Shown: positions 55,216 through 64,000 of the stretch, one piece after another
Numbering within the stretch: the first letter of the stretch is position 1
Layout of the letters: each line of letters starts with the position of its first letter
Source of the DNA: Mobula hypostoma
Taxonomy: Eukaryota
Assembly: GCF_963921235.1 (NCBI RefSeq)
Contig: NC_086118.1
Location: forward strand, 54,312,001-54,376,000
Direction: 5' to 3'
Length of the DNA: 64,000 nucleotides
The notes under the pieces: generated by a model
What the model was told of the DNA's origin: nothing
The model's input: only the letters and a program-made list of their open reading frames with translations
Database searches by the model: none
Translations under genes and position numbers: made by a program

Positions 55216-56961
55216 TCCTCTGATCTTCCACTCTAAGTTTCTTTATATATTAACTTGTTAAACATTTATAATTTTAGTAGATGTTGATTCAAGTTTGGAG
55301 CCCACATAAAGCAGTCAGCACATGCAAAAACCTCACCCACCATAGACAGTCTTTCGTCTCCCCTCTCTCATCGGGCAGAAGATGCAAAAGCCTGCCACCA
55401 GGCCCAAGGACAGCTTCTATCCCACTGTTATCAGACTCTTGAATGGGCCTGTTGTACAATAAGATGAACTCTTGGCTTCACAATCTACCCTATGAGCTTG
55501 TACTTTATTGTTTACCAGCACCGTACATTTTTTGGTAGCTTTAACACTCTATTCTGCGTGGTTATTGTTTTACCGAGTTGTACCTCAATGTACTGTGTAT
55601 TGATTTGATCTATATTAAACAGTATGCAAGACAGATTTTCACTGTATCTTCATATCTCTGACAATAATAAAGCAATGTCAAAACCAATATTCTAATAAAG
55701 GAACTTTGACCAGTAACGTTAACAATATCGCTTTTCACGGATACTTCCTGACCTGCTCCATGGTTCCATTATTTTATGCTTTTATCTCAAATTTTCAGCT
55801 ACTGAACTTAATTTTTTTGCTAAGATTGCCGTATGTGTGTTTATAAAGAGACCAAGCAGAGTGTTGTGGTAAATTTTGAATAATGGAATGCTTTCCACTT
55901 GCATGGAAATTTATCATATACTCAAGAAATTCAACCTGACCAAGGACAGGTTGTAACAGCTGATGATGACAAGTAACATGTAAGAGTGGGCAATAGATTG
56001 AATGTTCCAAAATATCATCTTCATAAATCAGAGCATTGAGCACAGGAGTTGGGATTTTACGTTGAAAAATTGTATAGGACTGGTGAGACTGAATTTTGAG
56101 TACTGTGTGCAGTTTCGGTCACCTACCTACAGGAAAGAGCGAAAAAGTGCAAAGAAAATTTACAGGGTGTTGCCGGGACTGGAGGACTTGCATCTTAGGA
56201 AAAGATTGAGTAGGTTAGGACTTTATATCTTGGAGCATGGGAGAATGAGGAGAGATCTTATAGAGGCACATATGAGGGATATACAGTAGGTAGGGTAAAT
56301 AGAAGCAAGCTTTTACCCCTGAGCCCAGCTGAGACTAGAACTAGATCAAAGGTTTGGGATGAAAGGTGAAATATTTAAGAGAAAGCTAAGGGGGAACTAC
56401 TTTGAGGGTGGTGAGAGTGTGGAACGAGCTGCCAGTGTAAGTTTTAATTATTCAGACAGCTGACAGAATGGTCATAGAGTGGGCTTATGGAGTTCCTTAG
56501 AAAAGCTTTGAACCAGCTACCTTTATTTTATAGCCACCTGGTTCTGACAGGCAATTGATTCAAAACTCCTTTCATTTTGTTGCCAGGAAACAGGAACTTA
56601 AAAAAACTCTGATCCTCTTCAGACATTGGCAATGTGTATCAATGGCCTGAAAAAGGTCAGGAAGCTCAAACAGAAGATGTCCACCCCGTTTCCACCCTGC
56701 CCTGCGTGACTTCCAGAATTTTCATAACTGACCAATGTGTAATGTTACTTGCTGGAAATCTCACACCTAACATATAGCACTAGTCTAATAACAATTGTGC
56801 TAGTTATACAGGGCTGCATGGTAGGGTCAGCATTTGGAAGTATTGAACAGCCTATTCCAGAGAGGAGAGAGCTGAGGGTACCGGGATAATAAATATTATG
56901 GAAATAGTTGATGGGCAGATTAGAGAATTTATTTCCACTTGTGAACGGGACGAAAATAAGG

Positions 56962-57149
56962 GCAACACACATCAAAGCTGCTGGTGAACGCAGCAGGCCA
57001 GGCAGCATCTCTAGGAAGAGGTGCAGTCGACGTTTCAGGCCGAGACCCTTCGTCAGTCAGGACTCGTCAGTCCTGAAACGTCGACTGCACCTCTTCCTAG
57101 AGATGCTGCCTGGCCTGCTGCGTTCACCAGCAACTTTGATGTGTGTTGC
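56962..57149. repeat. 78-bp inverted repeat (Penelope pLTR fold-back) with a 32-nt spacer
   Basis: Arms 56962-57039 and 57072-57149 are reverse complements with one mismatch. Confidence 0.92.
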
Positions 57150-59102
57150 TTGAATTTCCAGCATCTGCAGAATTCCTGTTGTTTACGAAAATAAGGGTAT
57201 TTGAATAAAGGATAGCAACTGATTTAACAGAAAATTTATGAGAAGGTTCTTGACCTAGGTGGTGGTTAGAGTTAAAAAAAATTTTCTCACTGAGTGGCTG
57301 ATTCAAACAACATCTAAAGCAAAGTTAGATAAGGACATGTACAAAGGAAATGTTTAAATTGCTGATAGGAGGAAGCTCATTTTGAACATAAATACTCACA
57401 TGTACTTTTTGGGCCAAATGACCTGTTTCTGAGCTGTAAATCCTGTGTAACCATATGCAAAACCATAAGGTCAACTTGATTTTAACCCCTTCCTTTGAAC
57501 GGACAGTCATCAGATAGACAGCCCCATCATGTTCTGGGCCAAGCCACAGGGCACAAGCCAGGGATGCAGCTGAAGATTGCTCTAGCGGTCACATAAAGCT
57601 AACACAAAGAAACAGGCAAGCACCCAGTGATCTAGCAGCAAATGGGAATCTGCCCCTGCTTTGAAAGGTTAGTGGAGTTGGAGTTACTTCATTCCTTTCC
57701 AGCATCTCCTAGCTCTCAATCCTCCCCCTCTTTCCAATTCTTCATCTGGACCTTGTTTGGTTCTTTTTCTTAATTCAATCACAGTATTTCATAACCTGCT
57801 GAATGAATCTGAAGCTAATTCAATTTTGCTGGGGGCAAATGTTTTTTACTGTGAATTTTTGAGGTGTTTTGATATTCATCATCACTGTTTAACAAAGGAA
57901 CTTCAGAATTGTTTCCTATCTGCCTCATCTTATTTTTTTAAAATCCTACCATAAATAATCATAAAGTCACAGATAAAGTGCAAATGTGCTAAAACATTGG
58001 GACAGTGGCCAAAGCAAACTTAACTGCAGTTCAGAAGATGGCAAAGTAAACATTCCAACATACACATTTTAAGGCAGTGACACATCAAGGAAGTTTATTA
58101 GGACAACTCCTGGGTCTCACAATTTCACTGTTGTTTAATGCTGTCTTAATTGGAGTGATAACCTCTCTACATTTATACTCTGTGCCTTCAGTTACGAACA
58201 ACAGGGTCCTGAGCTTTGCTATCTACTCTCACAACACATTGTGACACTTTCAAAGATTTATCTGCATATACATCCAGATCCCTCTGTCCTACATTCCCTT
58301 TTCATGTTTAGTCACTTTTTTTGATATCTTTACTCTTTCCACCATACTGTACAATTTCATGTTCTTCTACATTTTACCAACCTCATCTCTGCCCCCTTAC
58401 AGTATATAACTACACTTCACAACGATTATTTCACCAAAGTCTTCTGTCATCTGCAGACCAGAGAATTTACACTGAGCACCAATGCCTAATCAGTTGCAGC
58501 TATCCAAAAACTGAAGTTGTCCAGCACTGCCTCTTGAGGGACATCACTGGATGAAAAAAATTAAGTTTGATGGATGGATGCACATAAACAGTAAACAAAA
58601 AAAAACACATTGGCCATCTGAGATAAACACTAGAAGTCCTGGCGTTGCTTAGCAGCTGGAGTAGCATCTATGGAGAGTGAATCAGAGTAAATGTTTTAGG
58701 TCGACCAACCTTTCTTCTTTATTTCTCATGAAAGGTTATCAACTCAAAATGTCAACTGTTTCTTCCTGCTCAGGTAATGCCTGAACTGCTGACTAATTCC
58801 AACATTTGTAATTCATCAACATCTACAATTCCTCTACCTTGTGAACAGGCAGCATATTAGCATACCCTTAGCATTACACCTGCGGAGTGCAGTATTTATC
58901 AATGACCTCTCCGGCTCACTCCTAGCAATGATGTGACCATCACTCTCGCTGCACTTCCAAGGGCAATGATCATAGTGTCTTGAGTGATACATACAGACTT
59001 CAATCTCTTCAGCTGAGAACAGGGAGAGCCTCATTCAAGTTTTGGGGCCTCTCCTATTCCCCTTCCATCCACGACAACCACACTGGGATAGGAATCTTAC
59101 TA

Positions 59103-59318
59103 ACACAAAAAATGTATGGGTATGAAGTCTTTTCTGGAGGAATTCAACAGGTCAGGCATAAACAGTTGACATTTCGGGCCAAGACCCTTCGTCAGGTCTC
59201 GGCCTGAAAAGTTGATTATTTATTCCTCTCCGGAGATGCTGCCTGACCTGCTGAGTTCCTCCAGCATTTTGTGTGTGTGTTACTCTGGATTTACAGCATC
59301 TGAAGAATCTCTTGTGTT
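59103..59318. mobile_element. Penelope pLTR fold-back mini-element with hammerhead core at 59164-59195 (minus)
   Basis: Inverted arms ctggaggaattcaacaggtcaggca / tgcctgacctgctgagttcctccag. Core CTGACGA AGGGTCTTGGCCC GAAA TGTC. Confidence 0.7.
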
Positions 59319-60095
59319 AAACATTGCCTGTGTCTGAGTTGCAAACAATTTCATCTGTAATTTCTGAGGCTGGAGCACATGCTGATGACTGCAGCTCTCT
59401 GATTCCATGTTAGAGTGATCAGGAGAGTCTTGAGATGTTGCTGATCCCAAAGTAACCCTTGAAAGACCAACTCAGCTTATTATTGAAGGTGAAAGACAAC
59501 CCATGAAGACTGCATTCATGTTTAGATGTGCACTTCCAGAAGAAGGTGTACCACTGTCTTGTTCATTAAACTGGCTCTCTCCTACCATCACATCAGTGTC
59601 AGAGCTTTTAGGTTCCTCTGCTATGATAACAGACTGGTGTTTCTAGAGAGAGTGAAAAAGCTTGTGCATGATTTTGCTTAACAATTGGACAACGATTCCT
59701 GTACAGACTGGACAGAGTGAAACTTGGTCCAAGTGGCAAGGAGTCCAAACTGACTGGAGATCAAGCCCTACTCGTATACATTAACACAGATATGTTGAAC
59801 CATGCACAAGCACGTGCACAAACATTCACAAATACATGTGTGGGCTCAGGCATGTTTATTATTGTTTATTGATTCTTCCTTGCACTCCCTCCCTCACCCA
59901 CTCTCCCTTCGACTCCTTTCATCTTTCCTCGATGTATGAGATTAAATTGTGATGTGTCTGAGTGTCCAATTGTTTGAATAACACTTGACTCTTTGTGAAG
60001 TCTCCGAACACTATTCCTGAAAAGTCAAATTGAAAAACAAACCACAAATTAAGCCCATTTGCGAGGGAAAGGAATCCACACTTGGAAGTTCTCAC

Positions 60096-60186
60096 CTCAA
60101 ATTTCTGATGTAGCTCAGAATCCCCATTATCCTCCATGATGGGAACATTGTAGTACTCTCCTTCTTCTTGGCTTAGCAGCTTGAAC
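60096..60186 (-). CDS. PRKCA: PKC alpha exon 8 ([30 protein letters not shown])
   Basis: Acceptor acag|G completes the Trp codon from exon 7. Donor GAG|gtgag. 91 bp. Confidence 0.95.
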
Positions 60187-61065
60187 CTGTGGAAGTGACA
60201 CAACGGGTAATGTTACTGCTGACAGCTACAATATGAGAGGAGAATCATCTGATCAAATTATGGAGTTACAACAATGACATGGAAGCACTGGCTAACACAA
60301 ACTGTCAGAGAAAGTGAATACTGTCAAGATAAAATTCAGTGGACAGTGAGGTGCAGTAGAGACCTGATTGGATATAAAATTAACTACTAACTCAAATCCA
60401 GACTGACCACAGTCAACTTAAACTTAACCTGACCGCAAGGACATGAACTTTTTTCCATGGTTGACCCCACCTAATCCAACAGATCCAGTTTAGATAACCC
60501 AGGCCTTGCAATGAAGTTATGGCTTGAGAAGCAGGAAGTGTTGTGTACTCTCAGCAATTTCCTGATCACTTGTAACTGTCAGCCCTATCCTATCAATGTT
60601 ACTGAGGCTAAGTGCATCTGGCCCACACCAAACCTGACGCAATCAATTGCATTCCATCAGTCAAATGTTAGCTAGCAAGGTTGGATGGGACTTCAATCAG
60701 GCAGAGAGCAGAAGTGGTGCACTGGAAATCAATATGACAAGATGGATGGCAGCAGAATTTGGAGCAGTGAATTGCACATTTAAAAAGCAGAGTCTTGGGA
60801 GACCCAGGTGTGCACAGTGATCACACATGCCCAGAGGAAATTAAGAACACTACAGACCATCTCTTGCACAATGGACTTCTCTTTAAATTGTGTGCGTGCA
60901 CACTTTTTTCATTATTTTATATAATTTATGTATTATTGATGTTGTGTGTTGTTTAAATCTACATGCCTGTGATGCTGCTGCAAGCAGGTTGCATCTGTAT
61001 CTCATCGTACGTGTGCACATGACAATAAACTCAACTTGAACTTACTTGAATTAAAACGCCATCTT

Positions 61066-61263
61066 AGAAATATAGAAAACCTACAGCACAATACAGGCCC
61101 TTCGGCCCACAAAGCTGTGCCGAACATGTCCCTACCTTAGAAATTACCTTGGGTTACCCATAGCCCTCTATTTTTCTGAACTCCATGTACCTGTCCAGGA
61201 GCCTCTTAAAAGACCCTATCGTATCCACCTCCACCACCGTCACTGGCAGCCCATTCCACGCAC
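61066..61263 (-). mobile_element. Young CR1 3' end
   Basis: tagaaaacctacagcacaatacaggcccttcggcccac, a CR1 tail with its 3' stem-loop. Confidence 0.75.
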
Positions 61264-61626
61264 CTTGTTTAAATTTGGAAATGTAGAAATAGGAGTCAGC
61301 CATTCAAACCTCTCGCCTCATCGAATCACAATGTATGTTGATTCCCTCTACCTTACTTGGTTCCACGATCATGACTTTTTATCCAACAAAACCTACAGTT
61401 TGAGATTTGAAATGAATTGACCTCCAGTTACAAGAGCTTTCTGGAGTGAACCAATCTGAGATTCCTACCATCTGATGAGTTTCCTAACCTCACCCCTGAA
61501 CCAAAGCGGGATCTAGTTATAAGTCTATGTGTCCTTGTTCAGGTCTGTTCCAAAAGAGTAAATAGTCTCCCTTTATCAACTGAAGAGAAAAGGTTTTTAT
61601 TCCCAAAGGCCTCAGGGAACACGTAC

Positions 61627-61761
61627 CAACCAGATGCTCCGGACTTCATCAGCTCAGATACACCGAAGGACAAGGCTCCCATGAAGTCATTCCTGGTGGT
61701 GCGATCCCAGTCCCAGATTTCTACCGAGAGTCGTCGATCTTTGTCACTATTCTTCAGTTTA
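61627..61761 (-). CDS. PRKCA: PKC alpha exon 7 (C2 domain C-terminal part: [45 protein letters not shown])
   Basis: Acceptor ctgcag|T, donor TG|gtacgt, 135 bp. The Ca2+-binding DWDRTTRND loop is intact. Confidence 0.95.
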
Positions 61762-62824
61762 CTGCAGGATGAATAAGAGAGAGATGGGGTAAAAGTTACC
61801 ATCATTTTACACCTATAAAAACCCAGCGATAATGTTAATCATGCAATTGGGGTCAAGCTGAATGTTCTGTAACTGTTAATATATCCACACTGTGATGTCC
61901 TCACTGACAGCGTTCAAGAGCAGATGATGTAATATCACTGAGATTTCAGGAGGTTCCACAGATTCATGGCAAAACCTACAAAGTCCCAGCATGAAGGTGG
62001 GCTGATGATTGCATCACAAAGACAGGAATTACTTTTGCAATATCTGCAAGCAAGATGGAAGCAACCTCCAAGCAACAAGAAGTACTAATTCAGCAAGTCA
62101 TTGTACAAGAGCTGGCATGTAGCAGCATGGTGAATGGCTGAACTTGTTACTTGATTCATTGATGGGAAATGATGGGCAGGACAATAGAAAAAGATCTCTT
62201 TTATCCTTTTAAAAAGATTGCTAATATCAATAGAACAGATAGTCCAATTGCAAATTAACTTTTCACTTACAGGAAGGCATCTCTAATGTTGCTTATATTA
62301 TTGTTCTAGAGTGGGGTTAGGTCAGAGAAATATACCATACAGCTACAAGTTCAAATCAGAATAAAGGAATCCATCTAATTCTGCTTTAGTCCTTGAAGTC
62401 ATGAGCAGGTTAAGAGAAAACAAAACTAGAGTTTCAAGTAACACAAGTTTCTTGCAGTCAAAGTCAATGTAGATTCATTATCAAAGTACATACATGTCAC
62501 CATATACAACCCTGAGATTCATTTCAATACTCAATAGATCCAATAACAATAATAGAATCAATAAAGGACTGCCCCCAACAGGGCAGACAACTAGTCCATA
62601 AAAGATAACGAAGTGTGCAAAAGCAAAATATTAATAATAAACAATAAATATTGAGAACATGAGAAAATGTTTCTCAAACAATTAAAGTACAGTAACCAGA
62701 CAATTGAAATGCGTGTAACCATTGCAGATGTTGACTCATTCTTGCCCTTGCTGCTGTTACACTTTTAGGTGGCAGAATGATTGGATTAAGTCCCTTCATG
62801 CTCAGATAATCCATGGGGTGCGAA

Positions 62825-62945
62825 TATGCACCATGCACGGCCCTTGGGCTTTTGGGGGGGAGTCATGTGCCACACATGGCCAGTGGTCTTTGGTGGGGAC
62901 GCAAACTACGCGTGGCCCATGGGCTTTTGGGGGGACATGTGGCAG
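62825..62945. repeat. Degenerate G-rich minisatellite, about 3 copies of a 36-38 bp unit
   Basis: Units cacggcccttgggcttttggggggg / catggccagtggtctttggtgggg / cgtggcccatgggcttttgggggg. Confidence 0.6.
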
Positions 62946-63134
62946 GGTGGGACATGTATCACTCAGGTCGTGACCAAACCTGCAGTAAATGTCTGGAACT
63001 TGTGGGTAGTTGCAGAGCATTCAAAGAAAAAAGCTTATAACTCCAACTGGAGTCACAGCAGGGAAAAGTTTAATCAGCACTCATTAACAATATAGATGAA
63101 CGATGGCAAATAGAAATAAATGGGTATGATGTAA

Positions 63135-64000
63135 AATCCATTTTCATTCTAACCGTACATCAGCTCTGCAGGGCAGAATGAGACAGCGTTTCCCAGGAGC
63201 AGTGCAATCATAACATAACAAATGCAACACTAAATAATAAACATAACAATAAATAGTAAAACACAACAGCCACATGTCAGTTAAAATCAAGTTATAAGTG
63301 TCCAGCGCAAGTTAAAAGTGTCCAAAGCAGAGTCAGGTGGAGCAGCTATTCAGCAGTCTGACTGCCTGTGAGAGGAAGCTGTTTAGTAGCCTTGTGGTTT
63401 TAGTTTTGATGCTCCTGTAACGTTTGCCTGATGGCAGAAGAACAAACAGTTCATGGAGAGGGTGTGAGGGGTCTTTAATGATGTACCGTGTCTTCTGGAG
63501 GCATCGACTCCGAAAGAGGTCTTGGACAGAAGGTAGGGAGACCCCAATAACCTTCTCTGCTCCCCTAACCACCCTCTGCAAGGCTTTTTTGTCGACAGCA
63601 CTGCAGCTGGAGTACCAGGTTGTGATGCAAAAGGTCAGCACACTTTCAACCACACCTCTGTAGAATGTAGTTAAGATGTTAGTGGGGAATGATGCTTGTT
63701 TAAGCTTCCTCAGAAAGTGCAATCTCTGCTGGGCCCGTTTCACAATCCCAGTGGTGTTCCTGGACCAGGTGAGATTGTCCAAGATCTGCACCCAAGGAAC
63801 TTGATGTTTTCCACTCTCTCCACTGTGGAGCCACTGATGCTGAGGGGTGTGTGCTCAGGCTGAGACCGTCTGAAATCGACGATCATCTCCTTGGTTTTAG
63901 TGACATTAAGCATCAAGTTGTTATCACTGCACCAGCTCTCTAGGTGTTTGACCTCCTCCCTGTACATTGTTTCATCATTTTTGCTGATGAGCCCCACCAC
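63135..64000 (-). mobile_element. Rex1/Babar LINE 3' part, young (continues beyond the window)
   Basis: ORFs 63740-64000 and 63333-63791 join through a single frameshift at KFLG|VQI. Motifs LNVTKTKEMIVDFRR, KRAQQRLHFLRKL and HPLHELFVLLPSGKRY. Confidence 0.88.

Noticed and set aside
56962-57149. CRISPR array, miRNA gene or terminator
   Set aside because: The context is eukaryotic, there is no repeat-spacer periodicity, and the arms are Penelope pLTR sequence found elsewhere in the window.

Overview
This is vertebrate genomic DNA, most likely from a cartilaginous fish such as a ray (inferred from the repeat mix: HE1/V-type SINEs, CR1, Rex/Babar, Penelope). The whole window lies inside one minus-strand gene, a conventional protein kinase C that best matches PRKCA. 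Seven coding exons (human exons 7-13: end of C2 domain, V3 hinge, kinase subdomains I-VIII) can be placed to the base with GT-AG boundaries and continuous phase. Exon 12 is missed by the ORF track. The rest is intron, densely filled with retroelements and DNA-transposon derivatives, many of them nested. The most unusual signals are: (1) many Penelope pseudo-LTR copies carrying a minimal type-I hammerhead ribozyme motif (AGTC-CTGACGA-stem II-GAAA-CGTC-GACT), some in the sense orientation of the PRKCA pre-mRNA; (2) recurrent ORF-less fold-back elements made of inverted Penelope termini with the hammerhead core in the loop, including a 78-bp near-perfect hairpin; (3) an exon 9-10 cassette (306 nt, phase 0-0, no stop codon) between two long introns that hold inverted repeats, a typical circRNA layout that would give an endless ORF. 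There are no prokaryotic features, CRISPR arrays or true tRNA/rRNA genes. Repeat boundaries were read by eye and are approximate.
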